A DNA stretch of 64,000 nt, taken from NCBI RefSeq assembly GCF_041146345.1, contig NW_027191406.1:930001-994000 (forward strand), written 5' to 3'. Made by a program: the position numbers and the translations under genes. Below the pieces are notes generated by a model. The model ran no database searches. It was not told the DNA's origin and was given only the letters and a program-made list of their open reading frames with translations. The stretch is from Neodothiora populina. Its lineage: Eukaryota. Of this stretch, positions 24,972-37,226 are shown piece by piece (position 1 is the first letter of the stretch; every line of letters starts with the position of its first letter).

Positions 24972-27015
24972 TTTTGCAACACCGCCACTACCTTTCGGTC
25001 TTGCTCTTGTGTCCGATGATCAGGTCTGATCGCTGTTGCTTATGGTAGCGAGGTGACCCTGGGTCTCAGTGGTGTATAGTAGCTATTGATGCCGGTGATG
25101 GTCCGCAGGTGCTGCGGCGTCTCTATAAGCTGATGGGTGAGGAGTCTGGCTTGACAGCCAGAAATGGACAGAGTGAGGATGATAATGTGGACGAGGTTGA
25201 TGATATCCGGGGATAACGAGAAACACAAAGTAATAGAGGGGTAGGTAAGAATATGGAGTCGAAGGTGAGATTGTGGTCTGACGACACCGAAGGGCTTAGG
25301 TTCGTGATCATACCAAGCATCCTGACGATAAGAGCCGATAAGGGTAGGGTGCCTCTAAGGCAGGCACGTGAATGCGCAAATAAGGCTACGCACAGCACGT
25401 GAACAATTGCCCGTGCCACCGAGGCAGGACTGGACGTACAGTCAGGTAACCATCACAACTTGATAGACACTGTACGGAGAGCCCCAGACGAATGATTATA
25501 TGCTGAATAAACACGGGTGCATACCTCACTGTAGCTTGCAACACAGACTGTACTACAGACTAAGGCAAGGTACCTTAGGGTATAAGGTAACTCTTGCTGG
25601 CACATGGAGTGGTGCTGCGTCACATTTCGATCACCAGACGCTGCGATTCCCGGAACTCTCGGCTCGGTCAGACTCGACTCTTTCCCCATATGTGGTAGGC
25701 TCGGCGACTGTGATCTAAGCTTCCGCTGAGGGCAATTGAATTGACCTTTCCCGGGAAATGTAACGAACGGCGAAATACAATGTGAGATAAAGTAATCAGA
25801 TCCTGCGTCGATGCAAGATAGATCCATAGAGGGTCCGATGGGTGGGGCAGTGGACGGTGTGTAACGGTAGACTTCCCAGGCTGCACTCCCTCAACAAGGC
25901 GTACGATACAGTACCGCATCTGCACTATAACAGGTTCTGCCCAATGTCCAACAATGTCACTTTTGTATTGAATCCTCGTCAATACAGAGCGACTTCCCGC
26001 CTAGGAAATAAAGGCAGAGTGAGCATAGGGAAGAACCTGATGACAGGCACAAGCATGAGCACGGACGAAGATATCTTGGGTGCGAGTGGATGCGTCTGAA
26101 ACTTGGCCCACGCACAGGCCCCAAAACCCGTTAGTCCAGCTCCTCGGTGCTTTAACACACGGTCGGCGATCTGCTGGTCACGAAGTGCTGCAGGGGGACA
26201 AGGGTGTGGCGGCCTCAAGGTCGTCAGCGTGGATTCTGTCAGTGTGACTTGACGGCTGTGGCGCCGCGTGTATACACAGAGTAATTTCAAAGTACCGGTA
26301 CTTTACCGGGCTGGTGGTGGAGCACAGTATAGACCAACGGGGGGACATGAATGTACAGCATACCGTACAGTACCTTACGAGAAAGCAACCGCAAGTCATG
26401 TAGCACGCAAGAGGTAAGGTACTAATGTACGTGGGTAAACTAAGGCACAGAGTACCGCGCAATACTTGTACCGTAAAAAGAATGCGGGTAGTGGGAAGAA
26501 TCTGCCTGCACACTGCACAATGCACAGTCGCTGCTTGCGCAGATCAGCACTCTCCACGTTGATCGCATTCATGCTGTTTGCGCGTTGCTTCTTTCAACCA
26601 ATTCTGGATCCTTCGTCCCCACGGGCTCCCTTTGTTAATGCCTTGCGGCTCTGCTGAGGCTCTGCTAGGGTAGAGGAGTGAACAAAGTTCTCCGTTCCCA
26701 CTCTGTGCTGGTCTGGCCTCGACCTTTCCCTTGGGCGAGTGTCAAGACAGAAAAAACAGTGAAACCTCGCATCGTACTGTATGGACCTTTAGACGTGGGA
26801 CTTGAATCGGGATCCTTGGCTTCGGCGTGGCAGCTTCCCGCCGCTTCATCTCAACCAAGAGGTTATTTTCGCTTTGATTCCCTTGCCGAACCAAATTCAT
26901 ATCAACGTGGCAAAGCAGTTGTTTCGATCAGCACCGTTTCTCTCTCGCTCCCAGTCTCTCTCTTCCCCGTTCCCGTACCCAGCGTTACGGACAGAGGGCC
27001 AGCGACGGGCTACGA

Positions 27016-27041
27016 GTGTGCGTGTGCGTGTGTGTGTGTGT
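27016..27041. repeat. Imperfect (GT)n microsatellite upstream of the phytochrome gene
   Basis: gtgtgcgtgtgcgtgtgtgtgtgtgt. Confidence 0.8.
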
Positions 27042-27500
27042 CAAGTGCAGGCATCATCACCTACTGCCGATATTCGAGATTGAGTTTGCGTTTTCCTTTC
27101 CCGGTCCATTTGTGGAGTTCAGTCCGCACAACACAACCTAACGTCGCACCCCTCTGCGCCACGCTGCTGTCGACCTCGTGTCGCGACCTCTTCATCCTCA
27201 GGTCGTCAGGTCTCTGACTTGATCATACCACACAGCGCTGTGCTCTTCGAAGCGCTCTCACGGCATTGCATATGCTGGCGCGATAGCAGTCCCAATCGAC
27301 AACAGGTCAAGAGGTGGGTGGCAAAAGGCGCTATTAGGTGCCGATAGAATCGGCCCCCGCGCACACAGCTGCGACCCGACAACCTCGACTCTGAATTACA
27401 AATCTGGCTCCCTCCCACGCAGGAGACTGCCATCGTACTGACTCACACGAGCCGAGTCTGGCAACCCTCTGCCGCACACCCTCAAGGCACATCGCGCGGC

Positions 27501-30500
27501 ATGCGGCCGGACTCTTCGCCCAGGGAGCGGCATGGCGCAGCAGCGGGCTTTACTTCCTCACTGTCTCCTGTCGAGAGTGACACAGCGTCGCCTCACGCAG
27601 ATGAGCCGGTAGCCTCTGCTACCACGAGGCATCAGCCCCGGTCGGATGCTTCGAGATACCAAACAGACACCGCGGGCCAACCAGGCGGAGGTGTCACCAC
27701 CTCGTCTCAGAACACCGATGCTCTAAGTCCTGGTGCAACTGATAGAGTCTTCCCTATCAGGTCCGTTGTGTCGGTCGATCCTACTCCTACACCGTCACAT
27801 CGCTCCGACACTAGCGGTGGCGGCTACTTTGGTTACCATGCATCCCAAAACAGAAGGTATAGTGTTGCCAGTCATTCAGACAAGTCCGTCCAGAACACCC
27901 CCGCCAAGCCGATGAAGAACGAAGACTACAAATCAGACGCTGCATTATCCGTCGAGCAGGACGACCGCAGCCGGCAGGGTTCTACCTCAACGAGCGGCGG
28001 ACAATCAAAAAGTGGCGATCAACAACACCGACATCCGCCCCAAGTCTTTCAGGATATCGCCGCCAACAGGCCTGCGAGTGAACGCACAACAATAGGCTCC
28101 AGCTCTCAGCAACCGTCACTTCAGGCAGGATCGATCAAGAGTACTCAGAGTGACTTGGACGAAACAGGCACGGGGCTCATCACTGCAAGGTTCAAGCACG
28201 TCGTATCCGAAGGTGGTCATGCTATCATTACCGGCAGAGATGGTGAAACTCTTCAGAGATGTGAGGATGAGCCGATTCACATTCCTGGCGCTGTGCAAGG
28301 GTTTGGTCTTCTAATCGCTTTTGAGGAGGAGGCTGAAGGTAAACTCGTCGTCAAAATTGTGAGCGAGAATTCGAAGAGAATGATCGGCTATTCCCCAAAG
28401 CAGCTATTCGCTCTGGAAAGCTTCACGGATATTCTATCTGAAGAGCAGACCGATAATCTACTGGACCATGTCGACTTTATCCGAGATGAGGACGCTGATG
28501 TCACCACAAACGGGCCTGAGGTCTTCACCATGTCCATCCGATCACCCCAGCGTAAGGTGCAAAAGCTCTGGTGCGCAATGCACATCAACGAGCGCAACCC
28601 TAACCTTGTCATATGTGAATTTGAATTGGAGGACGACGCGGTGCATCCTCTGGTGCCGACCAGCGAGCATGGCGAGGAGCCGCCCGAAGATACATTACAA
28701 AGCGATCCAACGCCACAAGAGCTCGCCGAGAGTACCGAAAACTCCAGTCGACCTCTGAGGGTACTTCGCAGTGCAAGGAAGCGTAAAGGAGAAGCTGCAG
28801 CCATGGAGGTCTTCAACATCATGTCGCAGGTGCAAGAGCAACTTGCTGCTGCGCCGAATCTCGAGAAGTTCCTCAAAATCCTAGTCGGTGTAGTCAAAGA
28901 GTTGACAGGTTTCCACCGCGTCATGATTTACCAGTTCGACAGTCAATGGAATGGCCGTGTCGTTACCGAACTTGTGGATCCCCGAGCCACCAAAGACCTC
29001 TACAAAGGGCTTAATTTCCCAGCATCTGACATCCCTAAACAGGCCCGCGACCTTTACAAGCTGAACAAAGTACGAATGTTATACGACCGCGACCAGGAAA
29101 CTGCTCGTCTTGTGTGCCGCACTGTTGAGGATCTAGAAACTCCCCTAGACCTCACTTATTCTTACCTCCGCGCCATGTCACCAATTCATCTCAAATATCT
29201 CACCAATATGGCTGTCCGATCGTCCATGTCGATCTCAATCAGCGCTTTCGATGAGCTCTGGGGTTTGATCGCTTGTCATTCATACGGATCTCGCGGCATG
29301 CGCGTTTCCTTCCCAATTCGCAAGATGTGTCGATTGGTTGGGGAGACTGCGTCTCGCAACATCGAGCGGCTGTCGTATGCTTCTCGTCTACAAGCACGCA
29401 AGCTCATCAACACAGTACCGACCTCAAACAATCCTTCTGGATACATCATCGCCTCATCAGATGACCTATTGAAGCTCTTTGATGCAGATTTTGGCATGCT
29501 GTCTATACGCGACGAGACCAAGATTCTTGGTCACTTGGAGCATTCACAGGAGGCCCTGGCGATGCTCGAGTATCTTCGGATGCGTAGAGTAACAAATGTG
29601 ATGACATCGCAAGATCTGCGCCTCGACTTCCCGGACCTTCGCTACGCCCCTGGATTTCGCGTCATAGCTGGTCTCCTCTTGGTTCCACTCTCCAGCGGAG
29701 GTCAAGACTTCATTGTTTTCTTCCGTAAAGGTCAATTAAAGGAAGTCAAGTGGGCTGGCAATCCTTATGAGAAGTTCATCAAGGAGGGCACCGAGGGATA
29801 TTTAGAGCCGAGGAAGAGTTTCCGTACCTGGAGCGAAACGGTCGTCGGCAAGTGTCGAGAGTGGACCGAAGAAGAGATCGAGACTGCCGCCGTGCTCTGT
29901 CTTGTCTACGGTAAATTCATTGACGTCTGGCGACAGAAAGAGGCGGCACTACACAACAGCCAGTTGACTAGACTGTTGCTGGCTAATTCAGCTCACGAAG
30001 TTCGGACGCCGCTCAACGCGATCATCAACTACCTCGAAATAGCTTTGGAAGGAGCACTAGATCAAGAGACGCGCGAGAATCTCTCCAAGTCTCACTCAGC
30101 TTCGAAGTCTCTTATCTACGTTATCAATGATCTTCTCGACCTCACCAAGACAGAGGAAGGCGGTGAGCTGATAAAGGAGGAGGTCTTTGATCTTTCGTCA
30201 ACGCTCAAAGAAGCGACCGAGCCATTCTCAGGCGATGCACGACGAAAGCAAATTGACTTTGAAGTGGTAGAACACCCTGGGCTACCAAAGCATGTCATTG
30301 GCGACCAAAGGAAAATTCGCCAGGCAATTTCCAACATTACCGCCAATGCCATTCAGAACACGATACGCGGTGGTGTCGAGGTTCAGATGTATCTGGCCTC
30401 TCGTGATGAACGGCACGTTGAAGTGGAAGTCAGCGTCCAAGATACCGGTGCTGGCATGAGTGACAAGAAACTTGATTCACTGTTCCGCGAGCTCGAGCAA

Positions 30501-32202
30501 GTGCAGAGCGAAGCTATTGACATGCTCGATGGTCCCAAGCAACCCGAGGACAGCCGTATCGAAGCAGACCAGAAGTCCGAACACAAACGTACACTTGGTC
30601 TTGGTCTTGCAGTGGTTGCGCGTATCGTTAGGAACATGAATGGGCAGATGAGATTGAAGTCAGAAGAAAACAAAGGCTCCAGATTTGTCCTTCAATTCCC
30701 ATTCGACCTTCCGGACTCCGAGCCGCAACAGCAGTCTGTCGGTCGCCCTTCGTCCATTTCGGGCTCAACCTCGGGCTCAGAGACCCCTCACGGTGACATG
30801 GGATCATTCGATACTGGTGAAGTGACGCTTGTGAAACCGCGACGCAGTTCGGCCGAGGGGACAATAATGAGTCGCAGGACGAGTCAGGAAAGTGTTCACA
30901 GCAAACGCAGTCTTCGGAGTTTGAAGTCAAATCGAAGTGTTGCTAGTGCGTCATCGGCACGAAGCGAGGCTGATAGGCTGATCGATGCCATTCAAGCACC
31001 AATGGAGACTGCGAGTGCACCGGATCGATCTCTGACTCATCGAGCTAGTAGTAAGGGTAGCATGCCGAGGCCGAGACTTGACCACAGAAGTAGCACTTCT
31101 GCCGCTCTTTCTGGTGGAGGTCCGCTCCGACCACGATCTCACAGCACCGATGTCGCGAGCCTGCCAGAACAGTCACGGCAGCAATACGCTGATCCTCCCG
31201 GACAAAGCTCTGTGCAGGACCAAAGAACTCCCATCAGAGCCGTCAGAATGCCCGATGAGCTCGATGCTACGTCTCCTACGGCGCATATTGAAACACGCCC
31301 GCCACAATTCGCGATCGAGAAGAACACGGGGTCTCAGGATCAGGATCATAGCGAACAACAGCCACCCACTGCTGATCACTTACGTGTGCTCGTGGCAGAA
31401 GATGATCCGGTCAACAGCAGAATCATCAAGAAAAGGCTGGACAAAATGGGTCACGAAACCTATCTGACAACTAATGGAGAAGAATGCTCGAGTCTACACG
31501 GAGACAAAGGTGGCTATTTCGATGTGGTCCTGATGGACATGCAGGTAAGTGCTACGGATCTCAACTACAAGATTATACTTACTGACTGACTCTGCGTCTC
31601 AGATGCCCATTGTTGATGGTTTGACGTCGACGAAGATGATTCGTTCCCTCGAGAAAACGACACCTTCGCATACATTGTCCAAGAGAGCATCATTAAATGG
31701 ACGCATCCCTGTTATAGCTGTATCGGCCTCGCTTTTGGAAAGAGATCGACAGAAATACATTGACGCTGGGTTCGATGGCTGGATATTGAAGCCGATTTCA
31801 TTCCCTCGCCTCTCCGAAATTTTGACTGGTATAGTAGATCGAGACATTCGACGACGCAATTTATACCGGACCGGCGAATGGGAACGAGGTGGCTGGTTCG
31901 AGGAGTCTCAGGCAGACGTCTTCGCGGCAGACACAGAGCCCGAAAGTGAGAGACAGCCCATGTCAAACCCCAGCGAGGAGGTGAAGATAGCCGCTGTTAG
32001 CGACGACCCACAATTGAAGGAAGACACGGACAGCAAGCAGACTCAAGAACAGCAGAGGATGGCTGCGGAGCAAGAAGCTGATCGACAGAATGACGACGAT
32101 GCTCAGTCTTCTAAGCAACAAGACACGCCTGTAACGACAGAAGAGGGCGATGCGCAATCAGTTGAGGAACAGACTCCACAGAGATCAGATGAAGTGGAAT
32201 AG
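27501..32202 (+). CDS. fphA: Fungal phytochrome (PAS-GAF-PHY, histidine kinase, receiver)
   Basis: Chromophore Cys motif RCEDEPIHIPGAVQ, RVMIYQF, FPASDIPKQAR, PHY-tongue PRKSF, H-box SAHEVRTPLN, VQDTGAG, GLGLA and receiver AEDD...LMDMQMP...K. Intron 31545-31602. Confidence 0.95.
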
Positions 32203-34257
32203 CCAGATTCATGAAGCGATTCGAGCAGCATCAAAGATCAAGCTCGCTGTCATTACTGCGCATTCTTACGGCCGGTGTAAAGCGAATGGAGCATATGCAT
32301 TATTTGGAGTGTCCTGGGTGGTTAACGCGAGTCATTGAAGGGCTTGTTGAGCGCATTTCAGCGCTTCCAGGGTGTCAGATCTTCGCAGTCTGCACGACAT
32401 GATCGTCGTTCGCTAAGCTCAACCGATTCTTCCTGGTGGCGAGGAAGTTCTTGTATCCTCGTTTATCTTGATCTATTTGAGTCATGCGTTTGTCAGGGTC
32501 GATACTTTGCCTGCACAGGTGCGTAAGGTCAAGCCGATACCAGGACTGCTTGACAAGAATCTTTGGCATAGACGTCGCCCTATCATGACCTTATTCCTTC
32601 TCATCTCTCTGGCTCCGCAATCATTTGCCCAAATTCAACAGTCGCTCTTCCAAGAAGGGGTTTCGGCCAGCAATGATCACAATGAGGGTAGCAAACCGTA
32701 GCACCATGACTATGGTGATGGTGGAAATGACATTTCTTTTTTTTTCTTTTTGGAGAGCGACTTTCGGCACTGAAGGTAATGCCGATCTAGGTAGAGACAG
32801 CAGAGTGACACACTATTGTGTATGGTAAACAAGAGCATAAGGGGAGATTAATCACTGAAATGAAAACGATGGAATATTGATTATGAGATAAGCGACATGG
32901 ACTCTTGTCGTGTGGTGTGCGATTCCCTTCTGTTTTCCCTGGCTCGTGAATGGCTCTATATCCATAGGAAGACAAATCCTTGACGATCCTTCTTTCATTA
33001 CATGCCAATGAGGAATCAAGTTCAGCCTGTGACTTCTAAACATGAATGTATAGCGAGCAGAAAAAACAATCTCACGTAAAAAACACCGAACAATCAGAGC
33101 ACCATCACATCAGAAATACCACCTATCTAACCACCTCACTCCAATAAGAATTTTAACATCAACCGCAAAAAGGCAAGAAGAAAACACACTCCAATTCCTA
33201 GCTTTCCATGCCATTCATAGCCTCAATGTACCATTCCACGACCCAGAAATAGAGAAGAGACCGAAAGCGTCATACTGTAAGTCGCACAAAGACAGGATCG
33301 CCCTGCCCACAACCACCGTGTCCTCATACCTTGTGGACACGAAGGGCCTCGGGAAATCCTCGCAGCCGTATCGGCCATCAGCGTAGGCGCGCGAGTCAGG
33401 GATAGTCAATTCATCCGAGGCTCTCGTAACAGCCAAGCCCAGCCAATCGAGCGCCAATAGGCCCATGCGGAAAAAGCTCATGTGTGCGGGAAAAAGCCAT
33501 GAAGCCATTAAACCAACGACCAGTTCCAACGGATGGACCGCAGACACAGAGCACCGCAACAAGCAAGCCTCGGGAAGTACGCCTGGCCGTTGTGTGTGCA
33601 CCCTGTGTTTGCACTGTGGACATTCTGTGTGGGATGGGTAGACGTCATTCTCTCGTGGTCGGTGGAGGAAGGTGGCGCATATGTTGTGAGTGGGTGAGCC
33701 ACTTTCAGCCATTGTACGCCCGAATTGTGCGCCTGTGGCGTTGTGGGCTGTGGCTGCGATTCGGGGTCAGGTGTGTGTGTAACGTCTTTTGGATGATAAT
33801 TCGGGGTTTGTGAGACAGAGATCTCCGACGGGCATTGGACCTCGTCATCAATGTCTTAGTTCTTTTTTTTCTCTTAAAACGTGGGCTGTGGTTCTGGGTC
33901 ATGAGTGTTGCCTATTGCATTTCAGTGGTCGATGAAGTGCCGAGGCTGTGAGCAAGAGATATGGAGAAGACACTGCTTGTGGATAGCATAGAAAAGGAGA
34001 TATGAGTGAAAGTCATGTAATAATAATTATTAGCGCTATATATTAAAAGCAGATTTACGCTGAAATCAGTCATGAAAAGCGCTGGAGTACATGTGAGTGA
34101 AGTCCTGCTCCGATGGATCATCAAGATCATATATTTGCCGTAAAGCTCTATAATCATACCCATGTATCCCTCTATTAAATTGTCTGTTTTTTCCTTTTCT
34201 TTTTCTTTTCTTTGATGGTTCTTATGACATGATAGACAATGAGCAGAGAGCCAGCTC

Positions 34258-37226
34258 TTACTTCTTGGTAGATGTGACAGTCTTCTTGCTGCTACTGCTA
34301 ATCCTGGCAGTCGAGGTTGCTTCAGTCGAGGTTGCTTTCCTGGTCGAGGTTGTTTTGTGGATAGACGTTACTTTTTTGGTCGAGGTTGTCTTCTGAGTAG
34401 AAGTTGTCTTCTTTGTAGAAGTTATCTTATTGGTAGAAGTTGCTTTCTTGGTCGAGCTTGTCTTAGCAGTGGTAGTTGGCTTGACTGCCTTGACAACTGT
34501 AGTCTCGACCGACGAGGCGGGCTTGACCGACGATGTAGTCTTGATGGTGCTGTGTTTATCTTTCAATTCCTTTTCCGATTTCGCGTACCATTGTGTACAA
34601 CAAGCAGAGATCCGGCTCTTACTTTCTGGTAGATGTGACAATCTTGCTGCTGCTGCTGCTGGCCTTGACCGATGAAGTGGCCTTGACTGATGACGTGGGC
34701 TTGACCGACGAGGTCGTCTGAACCGATGAGGTGGTCTTGGTGCTGCTTGATGATGCCTTGGTCGAACTGGCGACCTTCTGCTGCACAGCTGGGCTGCTGG
34801 TGGAAGACACGATAAGTTTGGCACCGTGGATACCTCTGTTGCTGTAGACAGCAGCACCGACGGATTTCTTCATGTAGCAAGCTGAACCAGACATGCTCAC
34901 ATCACTATAAGATATGTCAGTGGAATGTCCCAAGAATGTGAGTGGCACGTAAAACTTACACGCAATTCGTAGTGTTTGCGCATGCAGAAATGCAAGCCTT
35001 CAGGTCCTTGACATAGACAGATCCCATGTCACCACCCGAGTGATCAGTACCGCACTGGACCTCGAATTTAAGGTTGGTGATGGGATCAGTATACATAGTT
35101 GCGTTCAGGCTTGGGCAAAGAGGAACATCACTCGAGGCTGCTGCCGAAGTGCTAGACGAAGTGGCTGTAGAGCTGGTCGACACCTTGGCGGACGATGTTG
35201 CGACGGCCGCCTTGTTTGTGCTCAAGGTCTGCGAGCTGCTGCTGCTGCTGCTGCTGCTGGTTGTGACCTTCGAGGAGCTGCTCGTGGAAGAGATGCTAGT
35301 AGCCCTCGAAGAGCTACTTGTGGAGGAGCTGCTGCTGGTTGCGCTGGTAGCCTTCGAAGAGCTGCTTACGGAGGAGCTGCTGCCGGTAGTGCCGGTAGCC
35401 TTAGAAGAGCTACTTGTTGCAGAGCTGCTGCTTGAGGCCATAGACGAGCTAGAGGAAGATCCAGCAACTACAAGCTTCGCAGCTTGCACATTCGAGCTGA
35501 CTTTGGGGACGCTGATAGTGTTCTTCATGTAACAAGCTTGGCCCGAAAGACTGACAGCCTTGCAACCCTCGGTAGCGCCGCAGGCATCAATACATCCCTG
35601 AATACCACCATCGGTGTATACCATAGTCATATCGTAGCCACCATGATCCATACCACACTCAAGAACGAAGGTGGTTCCGTTGGGGTTGGTATACTGGGTA
35701 TTGTTGCCTGAAGGACAGAGAGCAGGAGTCGAAACATTGGCAGTGTAGTACAAACTGATGGAATTAGTACCACCGCAGTACTGAGTAGAGTTGCCAGAAC
35801 AGGGTTGAATGCAGTTGCCAAGAACACCGGGAACAGGAGCGCGGTTAGATGGAATATTGTCGCCACAGTAGCACTCCTTTCCGTTCTCGGCACCAGAGTA
35901 GTGGTAACCTCTGCTGTTACAGTACTTCAAGCAAGACTCAATAGTGAGAGATTTCGACGTGAAGGCAGTGGCGTTCAATGTGCGCGAACCATAGGTGTCT
36001 GAGCCACAACCAAGGTATTCTGAACCGGTAACGTTTGAGTAATAGGTCTTGGCCGAAGAGATGTTGGTCTTGGGACAGGTGTCGTAGTGGGTAGGTGCCT
36101 CATCAGGGCCCCAAGTCACTGGGTTACATCCAGGCAGCGCATCCATCTGACCAGTGACTTGCTCGTTGACTTCAGGTGCGATAATACAAGCCTTGCTTTG
36201 TGAATTGGTGAAAAGCGCATTATCGAAGACATCGCAATCGGAAATAAGACCGCTGTCGTTCAGGCATCGGTCAGTAGCGTTCTGAAGAATATCTACATCC
36301 CAACCGTTGAGGAAATCGCCGTGGTAGCCGTATCCAGTAGGGTCTCCGTTAGCCCAGACGAAGGGTTGCTGAGTGCCGTTCCACCATTCGAAACCTGCGG
36401 TGGAGTAGATGACTTCGAAGAAGATTGAGATCATGTGAACAGGATGGCTGGCAGGGCAAGGTCCGTTGTCGTAAGAGTACTTGGTGGGGTAGGCCATGTG
36501 TGACTTATGGTCTGAGGAGTCAAGATTCACGCCATCCCAGCAAGATGGGAAGAAGACCTGGGCACGAAGACCATCTGGGCACTCCTTGGTGGGGAAGTTG
36601 TTGGTGTATGTGGACTCTCCCTCGTAGTCAAGGCACACATAGCTGACAGCTTTGCCAGGAAAGTCATCAGTAGCTGCGCGCTTGAATGGGTCGCCTGCAA
36701 TCATGCGGAAGCCTTCAGGGTATGCCTTCAATTTGTCGTTATTAGGACCTCCACGTTGCCTATATCACATGAGCTGAAGAAGATTAAGACGTGCTCCACT
36801 GCTACTCACAAGTAATACACTGTCATGCCACCATAGCTACCAGGACCATCGCCGGATTGGGGAACATATTGAAACGTTCCATTCTCAGCTTGATAGTAAA
36901 GTGTGGGGGTCCAGTAGTTGGAAAGATCTGCCTTGATAGGGCATGAAGAGCAAGAGGATGAACGAGCCTGCTCGTAATCCATTGAGAAACTAAAACCATT
37001 ACCTACGTTCATTAGTGACTGAGCCTTGTGAAGTGGTGTTGCTGTTATGCTTACCTCCACTGACAGTGTGAACGTGTCCAGACACGCCACCAGGGTTGAC
37101 GATAGGATCGGCTCTCTCTGTGACAACGCGGCCAGGACAAGGCATACGAAAGAATGCAGAACTGGGAGTAGCAAAGGACAGTATGCTAAACGCAGCGGCG
37201 CTCACACCGAACCCTGTTGATCGCAT
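34258..37226 (-). CDS. Secreted DUF1996 + WSC + two PAN/Apple-like modules + Ser/Thr-rich protein (stop at 34619, or at 34258 if a last intron is spliced)
   Basis: Signal peptide; DUF1996 motifs ERADPIVNPG..GHVH, DLSNYWTP, FPSCWDG and GYGYHGDFLNGWD; WSC YLGC...C...C...GAENGKECYCG...C..PCSGN...CGG; two CP...CG.DH.G.D...CI.AC.....C..VS.SG.ACYMK modules. Introns 37054-37003, 36809-36760 and 34959-34905. Confidence 0.88.

Noticed and set aside
27317..27326. GGTGGCAAAA (yeast PACE/Rpn4 consensus) upstream of phytochrome
   Set aside because: Single copy, not at a proteasome gene, and consistent with chance.
33215..33902. Overlapping minus-strand ORFs between phytochrome and the DUF1996 gene
   Set aside because: Could not be joined by convincing splice sites and show no known motif; a lineage-specific gene cannot be excluded.
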